A DNA stretch of 63,675 nt, filler included, from Craspedostauros australis (Eukaryota): NCBI GenBank assembly GCA_030167865.1. It is 17 parts of 17 records of this genome, joined end to end, with 100 filler letters (N's around TTAATTAATTAA, not from the genome) between each part and the next. Parts side by side here need not be neighbours in the genome. Positions count along the whole stretch, not along the records: positions 3,399 to 33,860 come from JALAGF010001525.1; 16 more parts are not named here. One strand, given 5' to 3'. The notes under the pieces were generated by a model. It was given only the letters and a program-made list of their open reading frames with translations. It was not told where the DNA came from and did not search any database. Positions 12,591-26,617 of the stretch are shown here, piece by piece. Each line of letters starts with the position of its first letter. The first letter of the stretch is position 1. Both the position numbers and the translations under genes were made by a program.

Positions 12591-14683
12591 TTACCGCAAG
12601 TCCCCCTTTTTGGACTTCTGCCTCTTGACTCGCGTCCCTGTGTTGTGGCTCTCTATGCCTTTTGAACCTCTGGGTTTTATCTTCGGCATTCCCCGACTCT
12701 TCGCAGGCTTTTGAATCTCTGCCATCTTTTCGATGATCCGGTTGCCCCATACCCGAAGTCCCTTGGCCGTCAATTCTTTCTTTATCAGCGTCTCGTCCAA
12801 TGGCGGCCGGCCCTGCTCTTTTTGAATGATGAACGCCGTCGTCGATTGCATGTACCAGATGTTCCTGGTGCGCTCGCAGAACCGTTTCAGCTCCTTGTTG
12901 ACGCCCTGCGCACGGTGCCAGTATTCGCCGAGGTACGCATCGCGATTGACCAATCCTTCGTCGGGATCTTTGTGCGGCAGGATGCCATGCAGGATGAATT
13001 TCGCGTCTGGTTTGCTGATGTGCAATGCCTTGACGACGTTGAGGATGTCGGCGACCACGTAGCTGTTCGTGCATTTGCTTTCGAAGAGATCCGTGCGACC
13101 GACGTTGATGAACCATATCTTTGGATTTAGATGGTTCATGACGCCTTGCTGCAGCAGCCAAAGTAGGTTGGGTCCCTGGTTTTTTGTTCATTATTGCGTT
13201 GCGTTGTCATGCATTGTCATGCGTTGCGTAAAGTGACGTTGGTTGTAATGGTAGTAGTAGCAGCAGCCGTGTGGGGTGTGTGCCGTAGCCGGGGCGAAAG
13301 AGAGAGAGAGGAGTCGAAGGAAAATGAGAATATTGAAAGGGATGTGCAGATGCCAGGACCGATCGTTCACAGATATGGGGAGGATTTGTTATCCTTGCCA
13401 TCGCCCTGAATACCATGAAATTGCATTTCATGCTATATCATGCCTTATCATGCGTAGCATGGCTGACACATGTATTGCAACTGACCGTGTCGCCTGTGGC
13501 CCCGAGCGCCAAGCCTGTGCAATTGCCTCCTGCCTCTTTGTTGAAGAATTTATCAAACATCTTGCCCATCGCAGGGTGCTTGGTTTCTCCGAGATTGCTG
13601 GTGCCTGCCCATCGTTCCACCGACCCATCTCCCAGCAAGACAACATCCAATTCCTTGCCGCTTTTGCCAACATCTGCTGCGTTCTTTATCAGATTCTGAT
13701 GATGTTGCTTCCATTTTGGGTTGCCGTTGTTGTTGATTGGCATGCTGGGATTGGGACAAGTACAACGGACGTCGTCGTGCAGTTTGGTCTAAGAGTGTGG
13801 ATGCATCAGCAAGATTGTGCGTATGTACGCGCAGTGCAGTGCGATTGGATAGCGTTGTGCATGGGTGTGCGAAAATGTGTGCGTGTGAAGAATGGACGGG
13901 TGAGACATGTACATGGAATACGAGCAATGGTGGCTACGAGCAATGGTGGCCACGAGCACATCGATCTTGCAATGTTCTGCCCATACACACACCGCATGCC
14001 TGAGCATCGACATCGTCATCACAGAGCCGCATGTGCTGTCGTCGTCGTCGTCTTCTTTCCCTTTCAACACACTGCACAAGTCAGTGATCACTTACGAAAC
14101 ACCGCCGTTCCTTCTTGTTCGGGTTCAACATTGCATCGTAATCATTCCATTGCAATTCTGACAGCGTTCTGTTCTCCTGCCGTAGAATGAAGAAAGTCAC
14201 ACACGCCATGAAGGCGCTCATGAGGAAGTACGAAAAAATCCTCGTCATGTTCCATCCGACGCCAAAGAATTGATCTGCCCATTGCTCGTGCTTGGGTTTC
14301 GGCGGTTCCTGCCGTCGTCGACGTCCCGCGGATGTGCGGCGACGGCGCATCCCGGCGCTCGTGGAAGAAGCCGTGGAGGAGGAACAGGAAGGGCTGAAGT
14401 TGCTCTTGCCATCATAATTTTGCATCAATGAACGGTACTCTTCCGGCAAGGAGCCCTGCGATTTCTGCTGTTGCGCCTTTCCTTTTCCGATACCGATGGA
14501 GCCCGGCACTGGAACAGGCCGTAAACGTCGCGGTGCGTTGCTGGATGCCTGACGTCCCAACAGCGACTTCATCTCGATCTCCATCTGATTGTTCATCTCG
14601 AACGTGTCATCTCCTTCACCATCATCGCTATCATCCTGCGTCGGTGCTTTGTAGCCCCGTGGCGGATTCGATCTGGCGACCAT
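12591..14683 (-). CDS. Membrane-anchored SGNH/GDSL (PAF-acetylhydrolase IB-like) protein; exons 14683-14096, 13788-13486 and 13175-12591
   Basis: Two phase-0 GT-AG introns join a TM segment (IFSYFLMSAFMACVTFFIL) with DVVLLGDGSVERW, ALGATGDT|GPNLLWLLQQG, LNPKIWFINVG and ILHGILP. Catalytic residues look altered. Confidence 0.8.
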
Positions 14684-15627
14684 CTTTCCGCAATCGCTTG
14701 TGTTGCTGTTGCTACTACTGTTGCTGTTCCGAGTGTTGGTATTGCGCCTTGCGTTGTGGATGAACGGATGGATGCAAGTGGAGTCTGCGCCGGTATGGTA
14801 TGTGCTCGTAGATGTGCACGACTTGATCGAAGTCAGAGCCGAGGAAGCGGAAGAAGAGATGACTGGAAGACCGATGGATCAGCGGGGTCGGTGGATCAAC
14901 AGATGGAGCAGTGAAGGAGAACGGCTGTGGGTAGAGATGGAGAACTAACGGATTGCTTTGGGATCGTGGAGTGTCGGATGCAAGAGCGCTGTTGATCATA
15001 GCCATCAGTGAATTCGACAGAGCTGGTGCGAGGCGAAGTCCTTCTCTCTTGTGGTTGCTTCTGTCTCGAGTCCGTGAGAGCACAAGGGAGAGGAGAAGGT
15101 GCTTCGTTGGTTGGTGTGTGTTCCAACTGCAGAAACGGGGAAAGAGAGAGACTCTTTGCACAGAGTCCGTGTCACAGAAGGCACAAATGTCTTTTCCGCA
15201 CTCGTGTTTGGCTCTTGGCAGTCGGGATTGGAAGCATCATCCACAACAACACCGCAACAGACCAGACTCGCGCTTGGGTACTCTACCAACACAGAGAGTA
15301 GTTCTGTCCAACTCGACTCTCCTGGTACCTCCAAATGCACAAGTTAGTCCAAACACTACTCAATGGCGGAACCATTCGAGTACGCTTATTCCTTGGACTA
15401 CTCGTAGCTGTCTATAGTAGGTACGTCGTCCAAATGCCACGATAACAAGATGGTTGTGGCGATGCAGCTGTGCTCCTGTTGTGCGAACTGCATCATACAT
15501 GTTGGCCTACTTCCTGTTGGCACACCCGCGCACTCACATTGGAACATAATACCAGACGTAACAAGTGCGGCATCCACACCGGCACCAGCACCAGCGCTAG
15601 AGCCCATAATACGTAGCCATGCGCTGA

Positions 15628-16122
15628 CTACCACTTCATCTTCTGAATCTCCTTCCGGCATGGCTCCACGGTGTTTTGCATGAACCACTCCAAATGATCA
15701 GCCTCAAAGTCTGCCAATGACCACGGCTGATCCAAATCCAACTGACCAACGAATTCATCCTTCCAGATGTACGTCTCCACAGATACCCTTTCTCCCTCCT
15801 GTTCATTGCCGCCGTCATCGCCATCATCGGCACGGACGATCGCCTCTGTAATGCATCGCTCGTACTCCTCCGATTCGTACCAATCCAGGATCCGCAGCTC
15901 CGATTGCGACAACCCCGACACGACGCACCCATCGACGCAGCCTTGCGGTGAGCGGATCATGCCAGGAAAGACCCGATCTCGCACCTTGTACCGGGCAAAG
16001 CCATGCAGCCGCGCATAGCGGGCCACGCGGATTCGGTCTGGCAATTGTGCATGGCCCAGCAGCGTCTGCATGATGCGCGCGTTCTGCAGCGTGCCGTACA
16101 CAAAGATGGATGTCATCTTCAT
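15628..16122 (-). CDS. Gamma-glutamylcyclotransferase-like (AIG2-like) protein
   Basis: IFVYGTL, FPG, and ELRILDWYESEEYER motifs; the start codon may lie further upstream. Confidence 0.88.
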   Translation of the reverse strand: MKMTSIFVYGTLQNARIMQTLLGHAQLPDRIRVARYARLHGFARYKVRDRVFPGMIRSPQGCVDGCVVSGLSQSELRILDWYESEEYERCITEAIVRADDGDDGGNEQEGERVSVETYIWKDEFVGQLDLDQPWSLADFEADHLEWFMQNTVEPCRKEIQKMKW

Positions 16123-16375
16123 TGCGCTCTCCTGTATCTTGTGTTGGGTTGGGCTGTGCACAATGGCCATTCTATTTTCTTCGTCTCCTTCCGACGCCAA
16201 CACCCTCCACTTTGGGTGGGATCTTTGGCGGTCGAAGCCATTCCCACCCTTGGCATGAAGTCCTCCCCTTGTCTGTGTCCACGTTCTTTCGATTTCCACG
16301 TTGGATCTGATCTATTCACGAGTCCTTCATTTAAGTCCCGCTCCCTCCATTCCGCGGAAATCCACGGGGCAAGAA

Positions 16376-19300
16376 ATGACAGTAGCAACCCACGGCCCAC
16401 CCACGAAGAGTTGGCCAAGAGGAGGAGGCGACCAAGATGGCGATCATGATCAAGACTGCGCGTTGCCTGTGCACTCCACGACAACAGCACTGTTGGCACC
16501 CAATACCTATACCAATACCAGCAGGGACACCAATAGAGGTACATACAAGGTCGCGCAAGTCTCACAGGGAAGAAGCGAGAAGGCTCGATCCGCGGCCCAA
16601 TCGCAAGGGCAGCATCTTGGCGGGTGGCCACGGTCCAACAGTTCCCATTGCCCAAGACAGACGGCAACCAGAACGTGGAAGACACGCTGTTGGGAAGGTG
16701 CCAAGAAGACGGACTGCTTCTTGCTGCCAACAATAGAAGCGACCATGATCTCCCGAAGCAAGAAACGCATGAAGCAGCTGAAGGGTCGCAGCGGTGGCAA
16801 TCGGGACAAGGCAGGCAGCAAGACAGGCAGCAAGGCGGCCAGCCAACCGCTGAGCGTGAGCGTGGACACAAACGAGGACATCGCAGCCAGGAACGTCAGC
16901 CTGAGCAGCCTCCGCAGCAATGTTGCGCGAGAGGAGCAGCCGTACCACGTCCATCGACACGGGCCGGATGAACAAGAGGATGGCATCGAGGTCATCTCGG
17001 ATCATCCCCTGATCTACTCGGCGCCAACCGTCGATTCATTGGGCGACGAAAGCCTGCTCATTCATCCCCATTACGCGGCCAGGACTCCATCGCGGTTTCA
17101 ACAGATGCAGCATGCATCGTATGGTCTGCAAGCGCAGTCGCCGCAACGGTACGGATCGCAGCATGCGTCTACCACTTCAGCTGCAGCTGCGACTGAGTCT
17201 GAGAAGCCATTGCGCGGTAACGCAAAAGCGTCGCAAGCCACCCATCTCTCGCATCAGAGGAGCACTCCCCTCAGCAAAGGTCTGTCTTCTTCAACTCCGC
17301 CTGATGCCTCGAAATCGTCCTCGTCACTTGCTTCTGCGTCTTCCGCGCCATCCAAGATGTCCAAGTCACACGTCTCAAACGACCAATCTGCGCAGTATCA
17401 ACATCACCAGCATCATCGGCATCAGAATGGCTACGCTCATCATTCGAGCACAGGTACGACTACGACTACGAGCACGAGCACGAGCACGCCAAGTAAATCA
17501 TATCAATCAAGCACCAGCTATAGCACCAGTGCCACCACTTCTCACGGATCCGTATCGCCTTCCACCATCCGACGGGCCAGAGAGGCCGTGCAGCAGCAGA
17601 CGAAACCAAGCACGAGCGCACATCCACATGCCTACTCGCGATCCACGCCGCTGCGTGACCCCATCGACAAGGACTTCTTTCCGGAGGGTGAGCATCGCGA
17701 TTCCAATGCCCTCAGCGTGGCAGTGCGTTCGATTCCCATCTCGGAACGCTCCGCCTTTGCGCAAATGCCGGCACCCAGCATCTCGGAATGGTACCAACAT
17801 GCTCAGTCCGTTGGATCCAAGCGCAAGCTCTCGCCGTCGCTGCAGCATCTTCAGATTCTGCACAAGCTGCAATCCATTTCGCACATCCGTCAGGCGGCGT
17901 TCTCGGTCAGCGGTGCGAGCGACGTCCTCTTTCCAGGCGACGACAGCGATGACGACAGCGACAACGACGACAATGGTTCCAGGAGCAACGCTGTCAACAA
18001 AACCAACGGCATGCGCAATGATACGAAACAGTCCAATCGTCGAAGACGCCGGCGAAGGTATCGCAAGAATGATGGTCGCTACCGATCCATTGACCCCATC
18101 CAAGCCACAAAAGCAGCTCTCCCGCCGGAACCACCCCTGCTCAGCCACAAGAAGTACAGACTGCCCATGCGAGGGGATGTCGGATTTCCCAACACGCCCA
18201 TGGAACAGATCATGCAAAAGCAAACGGAGATCCAGCGTGAGACCCAATGGGAAGAAGCGAGTCCGCGTCTCATCGTCCTCGTCACCTCCGACGACATAGG
18301 CACTGCTGTCGAAGATGATGGTGCCGGATCCGTCGCCAACACGTCCCGCGCGTTGCATCTCGATTGGAACGGCGGCGGTGAAAAGGGCATCCCCTTTGCG
18401 GGCCCCGAATTGCTGCATGCCAAGCAGGCGAGCAAGGAGCTGCTCAAGCGCAATCGAAACAGTGCCTCGGTGGGCGTGACTGCGAGGGTCAGTTCCAGCA
18501 GGAAACTGAAAGATGTATCGATACCCCGGCTGGACTCAAAACTGTCCAGCAAGCAAGCAGAATACACGTGGAAGCAAAGACAGAGCATGTCCGTCCTGGC
18601 CCCTCCCTTGGACGCCACATATTCCAGAACACTGGGCTGGCGACCTCGTCCGTTTCATGATCGGCATCCGGGTATGCGGTACTGGATCTGCTCTCCGCTG
18701 GCTGTCAAATTGGACATCGGGAACATCGAACCGCTCGTTTGTTCGCTCACTCTCTACAGTCTACCTGTGAAGCAGTTCCGACAGCACCAGGCATCGGCAG
18801 CTTGCGCTTCCAACAACGCTGCATCATTCGAGTCATCCCAGCCGCATGGCAAACTGAGCGAACACTTCTGGTTCCCCGCTGGCGACTGGGATGGTAAGAT
18901 CGATCTCAACTCGCTCATGGCACACCGAAACGCAGAGGAGCGCAAGGCCGTGGCTACGGAATGGCGTTCCCGCAACAACAAGGCCGTCTTTTCCAGTCAC
19001 GAGCTGTCCACGCAAAATGGTGACGCCGACTTGCATTGCGTCCTGCAGATATACAAGATGGCACATCCCGATGCTCTGGCTGCCTACAACGCGCCAAAGA
19101 TGCCCGCTGCGACCTCCACGAATGAGCCAACGAACAGCAACAGCAAATCAGGTCTACGCAAACGTTTCACGAAGCGCTTTTCGAACAACGCCAACAAAAG
19201 CACCAACCCCCAGAAGGTCGGTCTTGCTCGCGAGGTTCTGATCGCTCAAACATTGGACAGAGCCAACGCGGTTCTGGAGGAGCACGGTGCACAGTTCTTG

Positions 19301-22300
19301 ACGCCCTTGTGCTTTGGCATTGTCCCTGTTGTGGCCCGGGAGAACGGCTACGATGACCTCCGTCATTCTGAGGATAGCGATGATGAAACCACCACAAACA
19401 CATCAAGGGCAGCAACTGAGTGGCCACATGGACAAACGCAAGAGATGAGTCTGTATGCGTGTTCAGAACGGTCCGAATCAGAACAGGCGTTCTGCGCTAC
19501 CTTAATGAGCATCGTTGCAACCAATGAGTCCCCATCAAATCATGTGACGGGCATGGCGAAATTGCAGCCAAATGGATCCGCCACACGCAGCACCGCATCA
19601 AGCCTTGCCCTTGACACGGTGCGCGAGGACATATCCACCCCATCCACTCCTTCCTCAATCGACGGCGATGTATCCGTCACTTCAAAAGCCTCACCGTCTC
19701 CCAAGAAGAAAGGATTCCGCCGCATGCTGTCACCATCCAGACGCAAACCAAGCAACAAGGAGGCTAGATCGCCGCCACCTCCATCCAAGACCGCCACCTC
19801 CATCACGCCATCGATAGATGACGCAAGTACGACTGCAGTGCAGCAACGTAGAGTGTTGGGTCGGGCGAACGTGTTTTCATCGCGGCTGAATTCTGACTTT
19901 CTGCAAGCGCTCCTCACGGAACCAGCGCAACCGGAGAACTCATCAGAGTCTGGAAAGGTTCGGAAGCTCTTCGTTGATGTCACGGGGGACTCTGCCATCA
20001 TGATGGATCCGCGCAACCAGAGTAGTGACTCTCAGCAACTGTCCATGTCTGACGCCAACTCCGTGAATGCAAGCGGCGGAAAACGATCAAGCCTGGTTCG
20101 TTTGCCTCGTGCGCCAAGACCTTGCGGGTACATCCAGGAATCAATTTTCCGCGAGGTCATGTACCTTCCACCGCGCGCCGCCAAGAGCTATCCTGTGGAC
20201 GTGGGACTGCCGTACCGATCGTTGATCAATCTGCTGTACCTGTACCCCCGACACGTCCGCAACGAAAGCAAGCACCAGCCTGATCCATCCATCAGATACT
20301 GCATTCAGATCGAAATGATTCGAGTCCAGCAGCAGTCTCATCCGCAAGGCGCGGGTTCCAAGACGAAGCAGATGACGCAAGTTTGCAACGCATTTCACAA
20401 TCCATTCTTTTGGACTGGCGATGAGTTGACCACCACGGTGCAGACTCGCTTGCCGCAAGGAATGGAATCCACTGCACAAGAAGGCATCAAGCTACATGAT
20501 GAATTCAAGCTGCGGTTGCCGCAAGTTCTCGATGGGACGTACAGCCTGCGCTTGGCTGTGTTGGAGGTGAAGTTCCAAAACGATGCGCGCCAATCCAGCT
20601 CCGAAATGGGACTTGGCAGCCGCGACACTGATGGGCACGGGTGCGGCGTCGCCTACAAGTGCGTCGCAGAATCCACCATACGGCTGAGCTCCTCATCCGC
20701 GCTCAACGCTTCCGGCGGCGCCAAAATTGCTACCGTCATACCGAATGGAATCCACAGAATCAAGGTTGGGGACTTCTTGCTGCAGCTAGAGACTCGGTTG
20801 GTGTCCAACATCCACACGACAGATCCGGCGTTGGCATCCGCGTTACGCGATTTCCCATCATCTATTGACACCGGCGGCAACGACAAGATGAGAGGCGTGC
20901 TGGCCACGCCATCGCAGCGACCGAACAAGGATGCGTTGCAACGAGACATATCCGCAGATTCGGCCCTCGGTGATGTGCTGTACTCCGTAGTTTTCTCCAC
21001 CGCGATCGGCAGCTCGCTCATGAGTCATTTTCAGCCACTTCTGATGATCCACCTCGCCAATCTCATCAACACCGGACAAGATCTGCCACTGCAAGGCAAC
21101 GCCAATCGATCCTTCCTGATGGAAAATGTACGAAGTCTATTGCAGCTCCTGCAACAAATCAAGCTTCATTTGCTGTCCGAGTTCGGCCACGTGCAAGGGC
21201 AGAAGCAAATTGCGTGGTTTCTGAAAACGAACCTTGACGCCTTCGACGAAGACCATCTGCGCCCGGCAACGGCCAACGACGATGACGCTGACGAGGATCG
21301 TGATTCGGAGTACCTGCAGGTGGAAACGACTCGGTCCGGCTCCGCAACCACGCTGGAATTGTTCGACGATGACGACAATGATGACTTTGACGGTGGCGCG
21401 ATACGAAAACGCAAAAAGAAGGATTCGTTGTTGGGAGACAAGCTGGATCTGCGTATTTCCCGAACCTTCTCTGCCATGGAGGGCACGGGGACGCCTTTCT
21501 CCCGTGTGGCATACGGCGCCACAAAGAACGACAGGATGAGGTTGGAGGCAGAAATGGACATGGAGAACAGCCGATTCACGTACTTGGCCGATGATGATGA
21601 AACTGTGGTGACCATGGCAACCGGCTTCCACAGCACAACGGACATCCAGATGGAAGATGCCAGGGAGGCATTCACGAATCTGGCCTTTATGAACACGCCA
21701 AACAAAGACACGACGACAACGACGACAACGGAGCACGAGGGGAAGAGCAAAGTGCAGAACAAGAACGTCGGCGGCGGCGTGGCTCGTGCGGCAGAACCCG
21801 GCATCGCCACGTCCACGACATTCGCCAACAATGGCGACGCGAACAGCTATTATCCAAGATCGTTGGAGGATCTCGGATTTGGACGCCGAGTGCGATCGGC
21901 GGCCCAAGTCATGCTCGCACCTTGCGTCACGCCGCATCTTTCGGTCGTGCTGTCCGGTCAAACCACGAGTCCGGCGAATCGCAAGCAGACGGCTGGAGGG
22001 TACATGGCAAGCTTTGGATTTGCATCGCCAGATGGTACGAAATCCATCGATGTGGGGGACGATGAAAACAAGACGAGCCTGAACGAAACAGCAAACCGAT
22101 CGCAGCAGCAGTCATACGGTGATAGGCAAACGAAGATTACCACAGGGCTGGAGACCATAGACGAAGGGTATGAAACCGCGGCAGGCACATTCCGAAACTC
22201 GACGCACTGTCCTGTCCTCAACTTTTCAGTCGGATTGTCTGCCGATCTCGTTCCCACCAAGTCAAGGGGCGAGTATCTATACGAATCACTCTTCGTGCTG

Positions 22301-25300
22301 TGGCTTCAGTGCTGGCCTGAAGGCATTGGGTTGGGTGATACCAGCAGTGCAAGTGCTGGAGGCACACGAATGAATGGCGACGACGCCGAACGTCGCAAAG
22401 GAACGAATTCAGCATCCACGTCCACTTCCAAGTCCAAGTCCAACGTAGACCACAACGATGATGGAGCATCTTTCTTCAAACATCTGGATCTTCTGCTCCC
22501 GGTCTGCCTCAAGTCCCTTTGTCTTCGCTACAGCCGAGTTGCGGGACTCAATCACAACCCGCAGGCCCGTGTCATCGGTGATGAGATGCATCTGCAAATA
22601 TTGGGACCATTCGTGGACACCATCGCGCGGCAGCTGGTGTTGGAGACGTTGGGCGAGAACGGTGGTGTTGGCGGGCATGCGAAGGATGACACGAAGGTCC
22701 TGAATTGCTTAAAATGCAGCGACTCCGTGTTGGACTTCCTGATCGGGCTTTGCACGATTCTGCATCCAGCGCAAATGGATATTTTGCTGAACATTTACTT
22801 CAAGGCACTGAGGGATATGGAGACCTCGCATCTGAACACATCCAACGTGGAGTACAGATTCGTGTGGTCGCGAGATACGCTGGAAAGAGTCCGGGGCTCG
22901 AGGCAACTGCGAATCCGCGCCGTCGAACGCCTTGCGGTATTGCCCAACTTTTTGACCTTGAATTATCCATCCCAACTGGAGAAGTTGGAGAGACGGTCGC
23001 GGTCAGTGAATTCCACTTGGAAGATGCAGCGGGTGAATACTGCGACGAAAATATCGACATCCAAGGGATCGACGACTGCGCCGACGCACGACACGCCGGA
23101 CAACGATCCGGAGAACGTCCTCTTGCCCCGCAATGGATGGCTCGCCGAGCTGCTAACGAACGAATGCCTCTCAATCTGCGCATTATCTTGCGAGGCCGTC
23201 GTTGCGGAAGCCATGGCCTATCTCGAAAGTCACGACGCGGACAGCGCCCCCAAAGCAAAGCAGTCCGCGCTGAAGAGGTTACCAGCGGCATCCTTGGAAC
23301 GTTCTGATCTTCTGATGTTCCAGTCCATCGCCATCCATTCCATCACATGCGCCTACGAACTATTGCTGCGTCGGCATGCCATGGATCGGCGGTATCAGAC
23401 AGAGAACTGCCGCAGTCGCATCGCTGCGATCTTCTCGCCCTGCATCTTCGAGCGTTCGCTCGCGAGTGTTCGGTGGTTGGCCAGGATGGAGGCGACGCAC
23501 AAGGTGCGATCGCTATGGCTGCTGTGCTTCGTCTACGTCCTCCAGGAGGCGCCGGAGAGCTTCTTACGGCAGAGTCTCAAAGGTTACTGCGATATATCGG
23601 TACGTATTACTTTTGTCTGGTGGCGTGGTCTTGTTTGATTTGCTGTGACGCGGCAGGGGCGATGCCTTCATGCGTCAATGACTTTTGGCTCTGATTGGTG
23701 GCGATTCGCCGTGATGCCAGCAACAAATGCAACCGATGCATTTCTGCGCCGATGTGTCCATGTTGCATGTTTGTGTTCTAATACCTGCTCTAATTAACGT
23801 GCTCGCCTTCTCTGCCCTCCTCGTCACGCTGCAACTACTTATCGCGGTCTTCCAATCAAACGATGCGCTGCTGCTTTGAAAACACAGAATATTCGGATCC
23901 ATCGATTCATCCGTTTGCTTCGCTTGAGCAGTTCCACTTTTCAAAGCTTCATTGACCAACCCAAGTACACGATGTTTCCTGCGGAGATCGATATCGGCAT
24001 CTCGCCTTGGCTGTTACAAGAATCCTTCAACACGATCTGTGCCACGGCGATCGTCGTGGTCGAGGAATGCAGCATCTTGTCGACCACATCACCGAAGGAG
24101 CAAAAGAAGATGATCCAGGGCATTCTAGATCTCCTGCTCCACATCCTCACGACGCCGCATTCGAGCGTCACGCATCTACGTGCCTTGGGTGCCGCCAGTC
24201 AAGCACTGGACAAGTTCGGAATCGCGCTCTTTGTTGAAATCACTGGAGCATCACTGCAGAACTGGATTCGCATCATTCTCAGTTTGATGAACAGCATCTC
24301 GCTGTCCGTTCGATCCATTGCAGTGGATTTCGTCGTGTCACTGTTCGGGAGCTCCTACGAGTTGCATGGCAACGTCGACGAGCTCTCCATGATCTTCACC
24401 ACGTTGCTGCCAGAGGTGACGGCACGGGAAGTGGGACTGTACGCTATCAACGGCCATGTGAAGGGGCACGGTGAGGTGGAGAAGTCCGTGTGGCCGTTGC
24501 GCCGATCATTCGCGGACGTTGAAGACACGAATCCGTTGGACGACGAACGCGTGGATCCGCAGCTGTCGCCCATCCTGGCAACGTTCTGCCGCGCATGTCA
24601 GGCAATGATTGATGGCGTGCTCATTGAAATGAGATTGCATGGAAGCGACTGCGTGATTGTCGGCACACGCATTGAGTCGCAAGGCACGAAGGATGGGACG
24701 TTCGATGCCGACGAAGAATCTTTGTTCGAAGCCGCGAACTTCTTCATGCCAGAAACGTCACCGCTGCAACGGCTTCGGTGGTTGCACACGCTGAAGACGC
24801 TGCACGAATCAAAAGAGCAATGGGCTGAGGCGGCCGAAACGCTAATGATGTGCGCAAAGACAAGCTCCGATTCCATACCCCACTTGCGCCGCGTGTGGAG
24901 ACCAAGCCGCTTCTCCCTTTGGTCCGACGAAAGGAGATCGCTGTGGTTGACGACCGTGGGGGAAGAGCTGGGTCATCCCGAGCGCGGGAATCAGCAGGTG
25001 ATGAGCTTTGCTGACAACTACTTGGAGCCGTCCGGTCTATTCGGATTCTCGAAGGCGCAGCTACCCACTGGTAAGTTGCCGCAACCGTCTGTGACAGATG
25101 TGTGCTCCATGCTGTCCAACTTTGCGCACGAAGCCGTGATGCTGTACGCGAAGGAAGGTGGCATGAAGGAGCTGGCATACACACGCCTCGAGTCATTGGT
25201 GAAGGTTCTGATTGGCATCCTCGATGATTACAATTCATTCAGCTCCGCGTCGTCCGCTCATGGAATTCACGGATTCGCAGCACGACGCAGGCGTGTCGAA

Positions 25301-26077
25301 GATGAGGCATCCTTGCGCAATGTCATCGCGGCATTGAGTGGCGAGATGGCCAAGTTGGCCGATTCGTTGGTGCTGGGCAGGAGAGATCCGCTGAGTCCGA
25401 AGTCGACCCGGGCGGCAGCAGCAGCATCAAGCCGCGAGCAACACATGGCCATGTTGTCGCAGCGCCCATACTTCGTCCGGTTGTTGCTGAAGGGAAAGAA
25501 GGCGCAGCGATTCCTCGAGAGCACGACGCTTCCCACCTACGCTGCATGGGACGCGCCGTGCATCTGCCGTGTCGTGAAGAGCGTGGTGGAGAGGAGCATT
25601 GCGCTGGCCAACCGCCGGGACAATGATGACTGCTTGTCCGATCTGGAGAAGATAATGTGCACCGAATTCGCGAAACCCATTTTGAAGGCCTTGCGGAGCA
25701 ACGTCGTCGCTGGAGATGGAGCGAATGGTACCAGTACTGGGAATTCCACCGCGAAGAGTGGCTCGCGGGCTGGTGCAGGAGCACCCCCTCCGGTTGTGGT
25801 GCTGAAGGTGGGATCGAGGGAAAGCCCCAAATCCATGCCAGAAGATGACAGCAAGATATACGTTCACGTTTCCTTCGTCCAAAGCACAACGGAAGAAGAC
25901 TGGGGTGAGTCCAGACGCTACCTGTTCCGCGAAGACGATTTCATGCTCGAACCTGCCGTTGCGACGGAAGGCACCATCGCATCCACACTGATCGAATACA
26001 CAGTAGCACAGACATTCCCGTGCCCGTTGTCCCGCCAACGCACCTTGCTGACGAGCGAATTCAAGTCGTTTCGGTGA
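16376..26077 (+). CDS. DOCK (dedicator of cytokinesis) family protein, DOCK-C/D-like; 2 exons (intron 23600-23887)
   Basis: IEPL.CSL.LY / KLSEHFWF; C2/DHR-1 motifs NLLYLYP and DEFKLRLP; DHR-2 lobe A SPLQRLRWL..L...H.....WAEAA; lobe B end TFPCPLSRQ. Phase-0 GTACGT...CAG intron. Start uncertain (16376 or 16746). Confidence 0.85.
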
Positions 26078-26617
26078 ATGGGAAGGGAGTAACAAGTCCA
26101 TAGCAACCTTTGCGCCGCAGGAATAGCATCGAAACAGTTTTCTTGAGTTCCCCACTCCACAGCATTTTTGTACGAGCAGCGCATCAACGAATGCCGCCCG
26201 GGCACCAGGCGACTACGATACTCGGACGAGTAGATGTGATAGGCAGAAGCAAAGGTGGTTCATATTGTGCCACCTGCGATGTCCATCTTCGGAGACAGCG
26301 TTCCTCTTTCCCAACACGGGATCCCCAACAACGAGGAAGGTGAGAGCACAGTGCATGAGTATAATAGGTACCAATGCGTACAGTCAATATAAAAGTTAAT
26401 GCACTGCTCTGTTCTGTTGTTCCATCCTGCTCGATTCCGATGCTCGCGAAACTTCGCAACCATGCCGAGTGCGACACGTTGTTGCTTTCAGCGTTTGTTT
26501 TTCGGCGGATGACAAACATCTAAAGGAATCAGCCCCCTCACAGAATCCAAATGGTTCTCCCATGCCCATGTCCATGCCCGTACAGGTCCACATCCCTCTC
26601 TCCAACTGTACGTATGC

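Noticed and set aside
13276..14190. 304-aa plus-strand ORF
   Set aside because: Antisense to exons and introns of the SGNH gene, with no recognisable motifs.
17112..18418. Long overlapping ORFs (395 aa and 303 aa) within the DOCK gene
   Set aside because: Off-frame or antisense shadows in GC-rich coding sequence.
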